A DNA stretch of 63,849 nt, filler included, from Octopus bimaculoides (taxonomy: Eukaryota), in NCBI RefSeq assembly GCF_001194135.2. It is 7 parts of 6 records of this genome, joined end to end, with 100 filler letters (N's around TTAATTAATTAA, not from the genome) between each part and the next. Parts side by side here need not be neighbours in the genome. Positions count along the whole stretch, not along the records: positions 34,562 to 53,818 come from NC_068982.1; 6 more parts are not named here. One strand, written 5' to 3'. The position numbers were made by a program, and so were the translations under genes. Below are positions 37,791-48,957 of this stretch, in pieces (position 1 is the stretch's first letter; each line of letters starts with the position of its first letter). The notes beneath the pieces were generated by a model. That model worked only from the letters and a program-made list of their open reading frames with translations. It did not search any database and was not told the DNA's origin.

Positions 37791-38903
37791 TCGAAGACAG
37801 AATTTAATTAAATTAGAACAGATGGACACATTAGTATAATTATGCCTAAAATCTCCAAGAAGTTAAGGAGAGAGACAAAAAACATGTTGCTTCTACTACA
37901 ACACAGAAGTTAATGAATAAATTGTCAAGAAGACTTTGCCTGTCACTGATTTTATTTGTTTTTTATGGGTCAGTTTTAATTTATAGACTAGTTTATCAAA
38001 CCTTGTATATCTAAGGCTGAGAGAATAAAGGGTATTATCTGTTAGGGGTAGGGCTGAGAGAGCAAATAGAAATCATAGTTGGTAAAGTCATTGGATGACA
38101 ACTAATGGGTGTCGCCCACTAGCAGACCATTGATAATGAAACAGGGGAAGTCTTATCATGTAGTACTATAGTTAAGTGTTTTAAAACAATGTTACTATAT
38201 TGTATACAGATAAAGTTTATGGCTATTCAGAGGGTTATCAAGAAGAATCTATTAACAAAAGGATAGAAATTTATGGATACTTTTGAGTATATACCAAACT
38301 TTTACCACAATAGAGTGGGGGGGGGGGGAGAAATTATTCAGAAGTAGTTAAACATTTATNNNNNNNNNNGGGGGGGGGGGGAGAAATTATTCAGAAGTAG
38401 TTAAACATTTATACATATTGTACACTTAAATACTTACTCATCAGATGGTATCTGTGAATATTGATTAATTGATATATACTGGTATTAATAAAGGAGTATT
38501 GAGGTAAAAGAACATTCTAATTATATATTAATAAGATTATATTCTAAGCAGTTTTTTATAAGCAGTGAATATACCAGTATAGTCTTATATAAGCTAAGTA
38601 TGAATTTATAGAGATACAAAGATTAGCTTGATTTTTTAATGAATAAATAAAGGCTAATTATAATTTAATAAAGAAATGAAATAAAATTATCAATTAGGGT
38701 AGAATACCCTAGAAATAAAATAGCTTAATTACTAATTCTATGGTAAAGTATATTTAGCTTATTAACACCAATAGAGAAGATTTATAGAAAAAATATAATA
38801 ATTCAAAATATATTGGACTAAAAATTATACATTGTTCAATTAAATGGAGTTGCATGAAACGATTGTACTGCATTACCTCTGGATATCCTTGTTGCTTATT
38901 TTG

Positions 38904-38934
<31 letters not shown>

Positions 38935-39318
38935 TATGTGTGTGTGTGCATATATATATATATGTATGTATGTATGTATATATGTATGTATATATGTATG
39001 TATGTATGTAGGTATATATGTATGTATGAATGTATATTATACATATGTTTAGAAACAGTAAATCGTCATTTTGTTGGTTCTAATCACAGTCAGGGCTGTT
39101 CTCAAGATAGAGATTGCTCCCCACTGAAACATCAGACCAAAAGAACAGCTGACAAAGCCCTCAACCGACATGGCACCGATAGTAAAAGAGAAGGACCAGC
39201 TGAGGAAGGCACTTTGTGCATCAGCTGCACTCACCGAAAGATAACATGCAGATGCAGGGCAAACTGCAGCAGTCGAGCAACATAATTGATTGAGTGTGGC
39301 ACGAAAGATAGCGCAGCA

Positions 39319-39332
39319 GTTGTCATGGTTAC
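39319..39332. promoter_or_regulatory. 14-bp X-box (RFX site) GTTGTCATGGTTAC
   Basis: The reverse complement GTAACCATGACAAC fits GTHNYY-AT-RRNAAC. It lies in a unique CpG-containing island (39100-39430). Confidence 0.5.
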
Positions 39333-39434
39333 AAGCGAGATGAAACGAAAACCAGGCACATCCGCACACAAAGCCACTTCGGGGTGGAGATCGCTGCCTC
39401 CGGTTCAAACACCACACCGATTTTACAATCGAAC

Positions 39435-39600
39435 ATCGTCGTCGTCGTCGTCGTCATCATCATCATCACCACCACCACCATCATCACCATTATCACCATC
39501 ATCATCATCACCATTATCACCATCATCATCATCATTATCATCATTGTTATTGTCGTTGCCATCATCATCATCATCATCGTTATCATCATCATCATCATCC
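39435..39600. repeat. (CGT)/(CAT)/(CAC) compound triplet tract
   Basis: Direct reading; it merges into a decayed RTE-tail end at ~39600-39655. Confidence 0.93.
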
Positions 39601-40087
39601 TCATTGAACATCTATGTTCAATGCTGACATGGCTTGGATGGTTTGACAGGATCTGATGATGCCCCCCCCCCCCCCNNNNNNNNNNNNCAAAGACCACATT
39701 AAGCTCCATTGCCTGCGTTGGTATGGTTTCTATGTCTGGAAACCCTTCTTTATGCCACCCACTTTACAGAGTGTACCAGGTGCTTTCGTTTTTGTGGTAC
39801 CCACACTAATGAAAACGGCATGCATCATACAAGTGGGGCTACAGTAAAAAATGGGGTAGTTTAATGCTAGGGGATGAAGAATTAAAGTGAGAGGGAAGGG
39901 GCCAAAATAGGGCAGGTTTCTTGCTGCAGAGCAATTGTTCTCAACCATTTTTGATCTTCGGACCCTTTTGACTCCTATTTTACTCAGGTGGGAGTGGGGA
40001 ACCCCTGTAACCATTTGATGTCTAAAAAATCCTGTTGTATTTTTATGGTTAAATTTTTTTAGGGATTGTATAAAAAATATTGTTATT

Positions 40088-40242
40088 GGCGTAGGAGTGG
40101 CTGTGTGGTAAGTAGCTTGCTTACCAACCACATGGTTCCGGGTTCAGTCCCACTGCATTGCACCTTGGGTAAGTGTCTTCTACTGTAGCATCAGGCTGAC
40201 CAATGCCTTATGAGTGAATTTGGTAGACGGAAACTGAAAGAA
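40088..40242 (+). mobile_element. SINE family A, 5' half
   Basis: GGCGTAGGAGTGGCTGTGTGGTAAGTAGCTTGC...GACGGAAACTGAAAGAAG. Confidence 0.9.
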
Positions 40243-40349
40243 GTTTTTTAACTAGGTTCTTCATTATTTTCAAAATTACTTAAAATAAAAATAAATATTT
40301 CAACAGCAAAAAAAGTATTTTTTAAATAAAAAAAAAAAAAAATGGAATC

Positions 40350-40750
40350 AAAAGGGTTCAATGTTGATCTGTATATTTATCTACCTATCACACCTACATT
40401 TAAATTATCTGTTTGTATGCCTCTTTGTGTGTCTGTCTAACCATCTATTTGTCTGATTGACTGTCTGCTTGTCTTACCCCACTTAAATGTTGATCTATAT
40501 ATTTATCTACCTATCTCACCCACATTTAAATCATATATACCTCTCTGTTTAATCATCTGTTAGCCTAGTCATCTATCTAACCATCTGTCTGTCTATCCAT
40601 GCCTGTTTGTCTGTCCAACTTAGACTCACTTAAATGTTAATCTATACATTTATCAACCAATCTCACCCACAGTTAAATGTTGATCTATCTGTCCATTTAT
40701 CTCTCTGTCCGCCCACTAAATTATCGATCTGTATATTTATCAATGTATCC
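40350..40750. repeat. Degenerate tandem repeat (AATGTTGATCTATATATTTATCTACCTATCTCACCCAC units)
   Basis: The unit recurs at ~40360, ~40486, ~40633, ~40676 and ~40722. Confidence 0.75.
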
Positions 40751-41037
40751 TACCAATAGCTTCTGCATGGTCACTCACTTTGCTAGAAATATCAGCCAAA
40801 TAACCCTCAAATTACATTGTATCATTTAAAGAAAAGAAACAAAATCGGCAGAGCTTGAACACCTTTTGATCAGTTGATGTCTGCCCAATCAAATATTGTG
40901 CCAAGATTCAGGGTGAGTGGCTCCATCCACTATAATACACTGGTGCAAGGATGACCCCTTGGTCTTGGTGCAGGGCTGACCCCTCCGTTACAGCCATGCT
41001 CTCTGAGTTGCACGGGTCTGGAAGCTCTCTCTCAAAA

Positions 41038-41610
41038 GCGTGGCTGTGTGTTAAGAAGCTTACCTCCCAACCACATGGTTCTCAGTTCAGTCCCACTGTG
41101 TGGCACCTTGGACAGGTGTCTTCTACTATAACCTCGGGCCAGCCAAAGCCTTGTGAGCGGATTTGGTAGACGGAAACTGAAAGAAGTCCGTCGTATATAT
41201 AGAGTAAAAAAACAGCTGACAACTGATGAAGGGTCGTTTCTTTATGTTGCTTGTCTTGTTTTCCATTTTTTCATATTTTGTATTTCATGTTGTTTATGTT
41301 CTGTGATTTCTTGTGCCCATATATGCACATTATATATACATATATATGTAAGTATGTACATATATGTATGTATATATGCATATATATGTGTGTGTGTGTG
41401 TATGTTTGTGTGTCTATTTTTGTCCCCCCACACCATCGCTTGGCAACCCAAGTTGGTGTGTTTACATCCCTATAACTTAGCTGTTCGGCATAAGAGATTG
41501 ATAGAATAAGTACTAGGCTTACAAAGAGTAAGTCCTGGGGTCGATTTGTTCGACTAAAGGCAGTGCTCCAGCATGGCTGCAGTCAAATGACTGATACAAG
41601 TTAAAGAGTA
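41038..41610 (+). mobile_element. SINE family A, near full-length with expanded middle
   Basis: Head at 41038-41190, 3' half at 41410-41610. Confidence 0.88.
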
Positions 41611-41754
41611 AACTTGAACTTAGGTTAAACAACAATACTTGAATGTTAATCTATAAATTTATCTCCCTTTAATTAGCCCCTCCCCTTAAATGCTTTTGTC
41701 TTAATTAAACGAAAGAACTTCAAATAAAAAACAAATGTTTCCTTAAATTCACAG

Positions 41755-42385
41755 AAGGATGTCTTCCCCAAACTGGAGCCTGACTCACTCAAGCTGCAGC
41801 AGTCCTGATCCGAATGAAAGCCCTACAGGGTCCATCTGGAACCCTACACAACCAAGTTATACCAGTCCTGGCCTAAAGTTGGACCCTGCAAAGCCAAGTT
41901 CTGACCTCAACTGGAATCCTACACAATCAAGTTATACCAGCTCTGATCCCAAATGGAACCCTACACAGCCAAGTTCTGACCCCAGCTGGAACCCTACTGA
42001 GTCGAGTTATCCTAGTCTTGACCTCAAATGGAGCCCTACACAGCTCAGTTTTACCAGTCCTGACTCCAAGTTGACCCCGGCTAAGTCAAATTCTGACCTC
42101 AGATGGAATCATACACAACCAAGTTATCCTAGTCCTGACCCCAAGTCGAACCCTACACAGATGAATCATACCAATATTGGTCCTAAGCTGACCCCTACTG
42201 AGCAAAATTCCGACCCTAACTGGAACCCTGCCCAAGTAAGCTGTCCCAACCCTGACCCCAGGCTGAACATAACTCAGCCAAGTTATACGAATCCCAACCA
42301 AAGCTGGACCACAGCCAACACCAGCTGGGCCCCTCCACCAGATCCTTTGCAGGTCACTCATGTGAACCAAACCTATGACTTAATC
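41755..42385 (+). CDS. VWA3A: VWA3A-like exon 2 (repeat-rich N-terminal region)
   Basis: Acceptor ttcacag|, open frame with ATG at 41759, donor ATC|GTAAGT (phase 0). It ends LQVTHVNQTYDLI, matching the LLVTHVNQTQDLL motif I recall from human VWA3A. Confidence 0.82.
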
Positions 42386-42744
42386 GTAAGTGCATTGTCT
42401 CTATTTAATGACTGAATGCATGAGCTTGGTGGTGGTGGTGGTGGNNNNNNNNNNNNNNNNNNNNNNNNNNNNNNNNNNNNNNNNNNNNNNNNNNNNNNNN
42501 NNNNNNNNNNNNNNNNNNNNNNNNNNNNNNNNNNNNNNNNNNNNNNNNNNNNNNNNNNNNNNNNNNNNNNNNNNNNNNNNNNNNNNNNNNNNNNNNNNNN
42601 NNNNNNNNNNNNNNNNNNNNNNNNNNNGGTGGTGGTGGTGGAAGAGGAGGAGTAGGTGGTGGTGGTGGTAGTGGTTGTCAAGTGGTTGTCAAATGGCCGA
42701 GGTGGGGACAGACACAAATATACATACACATGTATAGATATATA

Positions 42745-43380
42745 CAAGGTGACCACAAAATCATGCACCATGGGAGATATCAAGTATGCTTTATTGGCAA
42801 TGAAGGAGGCAATCCATTACAAATCTTCATAGTGGTGGCCATGTAGCTCTAAACAAAAGTTCATACGGAATTTGAAATTGCGATGAACCCTTTCAAATAG
42901 CTCTTCATTGCCGTTGAACTGTTCAAACACTTCAATAATTCTTTGTAGAATCTTTTCAGAATACACAAGGGATTTAATGTAGCCCCAGAAGAAGTCGATG
43001 GGAGTTAAATCTGGTGACCGCAGTACCCATTCGGTTGGCCCGTGATACCTGAGCCATCTCCCTGGAAAATGTTCATTCAGAAAATCACGAACCTGTAAAT
43101 GCATAATGGGGCAGGACTCCATCCAGCTGAAACCAGACGGGATTTCCCCTTCCAAGTGAATAGACGTGAGGCATTGTTGCCAACCATGTCCAGATACGAA
43201 TCCCCTGTCAAAATAAAAGGGTCCAATTACTTGATTGTGCCAAATCCTTGCCCCAGCCTCGTTGATTATCTGCTTCCATCCAATGAGGATGGGTTTGTGA
43301 GTAATATCGGTGAAAAGAGAACGTTAGCAATTTCATATATTGCAGGATGGTGCGTGACTTTATGGCTACCCTGTATGATA
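42745..43380 (-). mobile_element. Tc1/mariner (DD41D rosa/Visitor-like) transposase 3' fragment
   Basis: WFQLDG..PHYA(L)QVRDFLNEHFPGRW...RSPDLTPIDFFWGYIKSLVY gives 41 residues between the last two D after correcting a 1-nt insertion. Terminus TA|CAAGGTGACCAC. Confidence 0.82.
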
Positions 43381-43500
43381 GGCTTCTTCCAGTTTTCAAT
43401 CAAGCCTTGGGTCGGCCCCAGGGTATAGTAAAAGATACTTGGCCAAGGTGCCATGGAACCATGTGGTTGGGAAGCAAACTTCTTACTACACAGCCACACC
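43381..43500 (-). mobile_element. SINE family A head, deleted
   Basis: Reverse complement of TGGCTGTGTAGTAAGAAGTTTGCTTCCCAACCACATGG...GGCCGACC. Confidence 0.8.
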
Positions 43501-43504
43501 ATGT

Positions 43505-43540
<36 letters not shown>

Positions 43541-43690
43541 GTGCAGGCATGGCTGTGTGGTAAGAAGTTTGTTTTCCAACCGCAAGGTTCTGGGTTCCCT
43601 CCCACTGCATGTATCACTTTGGACAAGTGTCTTCTACCATAGCCTAGTGAATGGATTTGGTAGACAGAGACTGAAAGAAGCCTGTTTAGT
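43541..43690 (+). mobile_element. SINE family A head
   Basis: GGTGCAGGCATGGCTGTGTGGTAAGAAG...ACTGAAAGAAGCC. Confidence 0.82.
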
Positions 43691-43908
43691 GTTTGTATGT
43701 ATGTGTGCATGCTCATGTGTGTGTTCATTCATTTGGCAAAAATTTCTTTAAGACGGTGCCCCCGCATGGCCGTGATCTAGTAACTGAAACAAATAAAAGG
43801 TAAAAGATGTTTTGAGATGAAAGCTTTTTTTTAAGAATTCTTTTCTTTCTTTCTAATGTTTTGACTGTTTACTTCTTTTTCTTTCTTTCTTTCTTTCTTT
43901 CTTTCAAG

Positions 43909-44027
43909 CATTCTGTCCCTGTCAGCAATGTATCCTCGCCCACCTCTAAGGAATGGCTACAGAACCATGGCATTAAAGCTTTGCATCTGACTTTCAAAGA
44001 CTTTGTTGACAAAGGCAAATTAGTTGG
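43909..44027 (+). CDS. VWA3A: VWA3A-like exon 3
   Basis: (CTTT)n-caag| acceptor, phase 0 to 2. HSVPVSNVSSPTSKEWLQNHGIKALHLTFKDFVDKGKLV-G resembles SEDWLSAHSLK..KLTL.DL..QG. Confidence 0.85.
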
Positions 44028-44637
44028 GTAAAATACCAGTTTATTTTTTTAAGTTTTTTTTATGTTTAGTTATAATAAAAACGATTTTTCATTAATCTGA
44101 TGGATCACTGCATACTTACGTAGAGTATGAATTTAATATCCTTAAGTGAGAATGCTGTTGACAGGGATTTCAAAGTTTTGGCCAGCTAAGCCGTCATCAG
44201 ATATACATTGGTCATCCCATAAATAATGCATTTTCTTTATACTTCTTTTGTTTTTCAAAATTAAGATAACAAATTTTACCGGTGAGTGTGTGAAATTATA
44301 AGGCACTAAAAGAGAATCACTCTCCCCAGACACCACAAGATAAACAAAGTTCTTTTTTAATCTAAAATATACTCTCCTTCATTTTCTACAATGCTCTTTT
44401 ATCTATCTGGTTGACTTGCAAGACCCATCTTCCAATATTCACTTGTCTGTGATGAAAAATACTCCTCCAATATCTTGGAAGATAGATCTGCTGGGTAAAA
44501 AAGGGTTTGTCTGGTTCCCACCAATAACAACAACAACAGCAACAAGGTAGGAAGGATGTGAAGGGGATTTGTCCTTGACTGTTGGTCCATTGAGACCCAC
44601 ATCTAACAGCGTCCTCGTTTTGTTTTACTCCTGTTAG

Positions 44638-44727
44638 ACCCCAGGCTGATCCATCCACGGGACAAGCTTCACACTATGTGGCGTTCAACCCACTGGACAT
44701 CGTGACCTTTCAAGAGAAACTCAACCT
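44638..44727 (+). CDS. VWA3A: VWA3A-like exon 4
   Basis: ctgttag| ... CT|GTAAGT, phase 2 to 2; PQADPSTGQASHYVAFNPLDIVTFQEKLN-L. Confidence 0.85.
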
Positions 44728-44749
44728 GTAAGTAGCTTCTACCTCACCA

Positions 44750-45115
44750 CCGCTATCCTCATCATCATCCTCCTCCTCCTTCTCCTCCTCCTCCTCCTCC
44801 TCCTCCTCATCGTCATTGTCATCATCATCATCATCCTCACCACCAACCCCACCACCACCACCACCACCATCGTCATTATCACCACCACCATCACCATCAT
44901 TATCATCACCACTACTACCACCACCACCACCATTATCACCATCATCATCATCATCATTATCATCACTACCAACACCAGCACCAGCATCAGCAGCAGCAGC
45001 ACCACGACTGCTGCCACCATCCCCACCATCACCATCACCACAATTACCACCATCAGCAGCAGCACCACCACCACCATGATGATGATGATGATGATGGTGA
45101 TGATGCAAGCCATCA
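44750..45115. repeat. Compound triplet tract (CAT/CCT/CAC/CAG/GAT) filling most of intron 4
   Basis: Direct reading. Confidence 0.95.
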
Positions 45116-45210
45116 TTTCGCTTCCCCCCCTTCGCCGTGCATACGATGACTTTCCCTGATCACATGTGTCCTCTCCTCTCGTGGTTGTATTATGCTTTTG
45201 TTTTTTACAG

Positions 45211-45265
45211 GGCCATGAAGAGTTACCAGCAACGAATCAACTGGCTCCTTCAGGGAAGCAGAAAG
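45211..45265 (+). CDS. VWA3A: VWA3A-like exon 5
   Basis: ttttacag| ... AAG|GTGAGT, phase 2 to 0. AMKSYQQRINWLLQGSRK resembles YQERIQWLTENSKK. Confidence 0.9.
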
Positions 45266-46167
45266 GTGAGTCCCGACTACNNNNNNNNNNNNNNNNNNNN
45301 NNNNNNNNNNNNNNNNNNNNNNNNNNNNNNNNNNNNNNNNNNNNNNNNNNNNNNNNNNNNNNNNNNNNNNNNNNNNNNNNNNNNNNNNNNNNNNNNNNNN
45401 NNNNNNNNNNNNNNNNNNNNNNNNNNNNNNNNNNNNNNNNNNNNNNNNNNNNNNNNNNNNNNNNNNNNNNNNNNNNNNNNNNNNNNNNNNNNNNNNNNNN
45501 NNNNNNNNNNNNNNNNNNNNNNNNNNNNNNNNNNNNNNNNNNNNNNNNNNNNNNNNNNNNNNNNNNNNNNNNNNNNNNNNNNNNNNNNNNNNNNNNNNNN
45601 NNNNNNNNNNNNNNNNNNNNNNNNNNNNNNNNNNNNNNNNNNNNNNNNNNNNNNNNNNNNNNNNNNNNNNNNNNNNNNNNNNNNNNNNNNNNNNNNNNNN
45701 NNNNNNNNNNNNNNNNNNNNNNNNNNNNNNNNNNNNNNNNNNNNNNNNNNNNNNNNNNNNNNNNNNNNNNNNNNNNNNNNNNNNNNNNNNNNNNNNNNNN
45801 NNNNNNNNNNNNNNNNNNNNNNNNNNNNNNNNNNNNNNNNNNNNNNNNNNNNNNNNNNNNNNNNNNNNNNNNNNNNNNNNNNNNNNNNNNNNNNNNNNNN
45901 NNNNNNNNNNNNNNNNNNNNNNNNNNNNNNNNNNNNNNNNNNNNNNNNNNNNNNNNNNNNNNNNNNNNNNNNNNNNNNNNNNNNNNNNNNNNNNNNNNNN
46001 NNNNNNNNNNNNNNNNNNNNNNNNNNNNNNNNNNNNNNNNNNNNNNNNNNNNNNNNNNNNNNNNNNNNNNNNNNNNNNNNNNNNNNNNNNNNNNNNNNNN
46101 NNNNNNNNNNNNNNNNNNNNNNNNNNNNNNNNNNNNNNNNNNNNNNNNNNNNNNNNNNNNNNNNNNC

Positions 46168-46442
46168 CTGTGCAGGTGGCACGTAAAATACACCATTTTG
46201 AGCATGGCCATTGCCAGTACCGCCTGACTGGCCTTCGTGCCAGTGGCATGTAAAAAGCACCCACTACACTCTCAGAGTGGTTGGCGTTAGGAAGAGCATC
46301 CAGCTGTAGAAACTCTGCCAAATCAGATTGGAGCCTGGTGTAGCCATCTGGTTTCATCAGTCCTCAGACAAATCGTCCAACTCATGCTAGCATGGAAAGC
46401 GGACGTTTTGGCAGAGTTTCTACAGCTGGATGCCCTTCCTAA
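46168..46442 (+). mobile_element. Stand-alone RTE 3'-tail repeat with inverted terminal segment
   Basis: Family sequence to 46406, then an inverted copy of 46287-46322. Confidence 0.88.
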
Positions 46443-47251
46443 TATATTTGTAACTTCCAATGAAAGTAAACAAAGTTTGATTTAGAAGCGTTGAGATGTA
46501 TTGAAAGATACAGAAATAAATTTTTTATTCTCAGACGTGTGATAATGCTAATAAATTGCGTGAACAGGACAAATTATCTATACAATGCAGAAAAATACAT
46601 TACCGGCCAGCTATGAGACTCGAACTCACATCCCTGTGATTACGTGTATTTTTCTGCAATGTATGGATAATTTATTCTGTTCACGCTATTTTATTAGCAT
46701 TATCACGCATTTGAGAATAAAAAAATTATTTCTGCATAAATATCTTTATACATACTAATAATGATAATAATAATAATAAGGAAAATGAAGAATTTGAACA
46801 TCCAGATTTTCCGTTTGGTTTATTCATAGTAATTGTCCATTACAGGTTTCGATTGTATCAATTACAAATTGGAGCTTATTTATATGCAGGGATGTACGAT
46901 CTCTTCAGGATGAGAAAATATGTCATTTTTCAAGGAGTAATTCTCCCTGTTATTAGTTTAAATCAGGCTTGGTAGTGGTAGTAGTAAATCATGTTGTTCA
47001 ATGATGAGTTTCTATTCACACACACACACATATTAATGAAATAGTATATTTACAGAGTCGACCGGTTTCAGTTGTGCTAATTATGACTAAGTAGTTAGTG
47101 ATAATGATACAATTTCGTGCTATCATAAGTTTTCATTGCATATTTGTAGTAGGAATACATGTGTATATGTATATACACATGTATGTGTATGAAAGTACTC
47201 AGACTCTCATATGTACACATGTATAATAATACTCTGTAACTATCTTTCCAG

Positions 47252-47353
47252 GTGTTTGGGGTGTCAACAGTGAAGAGTGTGGCTGTGGCTGTTGACTGTT
47301 CCGGTCACAACACTGGTTACGGTCGACTGGAAACTCTGCAACAATTTCTTCTG
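47252..47353 (+). CDS. VWA3A: VWA3A-like exon 6 (start of first vWA domain)
   Basis: ctttccag|, phase 0 to 0; VFGVSTVKSVAVAVDCSGHNTGYGRLETLQQFLL. The donor CTG|GTTCTT is weak. Confidence 0.83.
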
Positions 47354-47832
47354 GTTCTTCCTATTCTTTTCTTACCAATTTTTATTTTTGCTTTTTGTAT
47401 TCCTATCTATGCTTGAGTGTTGTATTAAACCATTGAAATGTATGTCCTTTCTCATTAGGTCTTTAATGAAGATGTATTATGAAGTTAATTCACCAATAAA
47501 TGATAGGTTTTAATAAATTAGCTTAAAAATGCTTTGGATGGAAAAAAAAAGTGGAAAGCAACCTGTGGGATTTACAGTATGCATCTTCTGCAGCTGAGAG
47601 AGATGTGCTACCAGTTGCACCAAAGTAACCACCTGTCTTTTCCCCTCAAATTAGAGGCTTTAATCTTGCTAGTAAGAAAGTAAATTTATATTTGCTATCC
47701 AAATGTAGGAGAATTGGAGAAATATATAAACAAATTTATTATGAAAGGCACGGGATAAGTTCAAGTTTTACTGCAAAAGTTTTTATTGTTATCCAAATTC
47801 CAGTGATGGAGTTTTAGTCCTTTGTTTTGTGT

Positions 47833-47888
<56 letters not shown>

Positions 47889-48397
47889 NNNNNNNNNNNN
47901 NNNNNNNNNNNNNNNNNNNNNNNNNNNNNNNNNNNNNNNNNNNNNNNNNNNNNNNNNNNNNNNNNNNNNNNNNNNNNNNNNNNNNNNNNNNNNNNNNNNN
48001 NNNNNNNNNNNNNNNNNNNNNNNNNNNNNNNNNNNNNNNNNNNNNNNNNNNNNNNNNNNNNNNNNNNNNNNNNNNNNNNNNNNNNNNNNNNNNNNNNNNN
48101 NNNNNNNNNNNNNNNNNNNNNNNNNNNNNNNNNNNNNNNNNNNNNNNNNNNNNNNNNNNNNNNNNNNNNNNNNNNNNNNNNNNNNNNNNNNNNNNNNNNN
48201 NNNNNNNNNNNNNNNNNNNNNNNNNNNNNNNNNNNNNNNNNNNNNNNNNNNNNNNNNNNNNNNNNNNNNNNNNNNNNNNNNNNNNNNNNNNNNNNNNNNN
48301 NNNNNNNNNNNNNNNNNNNNNNNNNNNNNNNNNNNNNNNNNNNNNNNNNNNNNNNNNNNNNNNNNNNNNNNNNNNNNNNNNNNNNNNNNNNNNNNNN

Positions 48398-48437
<40 letters not shown>

Positions 48438-48704
48438 ATATAAAATACATATATGTATATGCATGTATGTATGCATGTATGTATGTATGTATGTATGTGT
48501 GTATGTACACACACACACATACAAATGAGTAGAGCTTCGGTTTGTTGAGAAAGCTATTTTTTTTCTTCACTCTGTAAATTACATAAAAAGTCATTCCTAA
48601 ATTCTTTCGATTGTTTTGTATTTGACAGAGATTAATCTTGGCTCCACAAACATCGAGACTATTTACTTATTCATTTCTTCATATTTTGTTTTCTTTCCAT
48701 TTAG

Positions 48705-48811
48705 CAATTGATAGACGAGCAGCTTTGTAAGAAATCTTCTTTCTATCTGACAACATTTGGCTCAAAAACACAACCTCTTTGGTCAACAAGTCAGCAAGTT
48801 AATCCGAAAAC
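48705..48811 (+). CDS. VWA3A: VWA3A-like exon 7
   Basis: catttag| ... AC|GTGCGT, phase 0 to 2. QLIDEQLCKKSSFYLTTFGSKTQPLWSTSQQVNPK-T resembles LIDEQL....LFVLSFG....LW. Confidence 0.9.
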
Positions 48812-48957
48812 GTGCGTAAAACCAAATACATTTTACCTTTCTCTTCATTTGTTTTGGCTTAAAACATTCGTCAGATCTTGTGACATTTACATTTTTGAGG
48901 TTTAAACAAAGCCAGCGGTAAATTATTTGACCTCTCAGTAAACAACAATCTTCTGGT

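Noticed and set aside
38020-38760. Very AT-rich segment suggestive of a mitochondrial insertion
   Set aside because: I could not recognise any mitochondrial gene, rRNA or tRNA fold.
39222-39285. CISCTHRKITC resembling a fungal Zn2Cys6 motif on the + strand
   Set aside because: Short frame ending in a stop, no suitable donor, incomplete Cys spacing; most likely chance.
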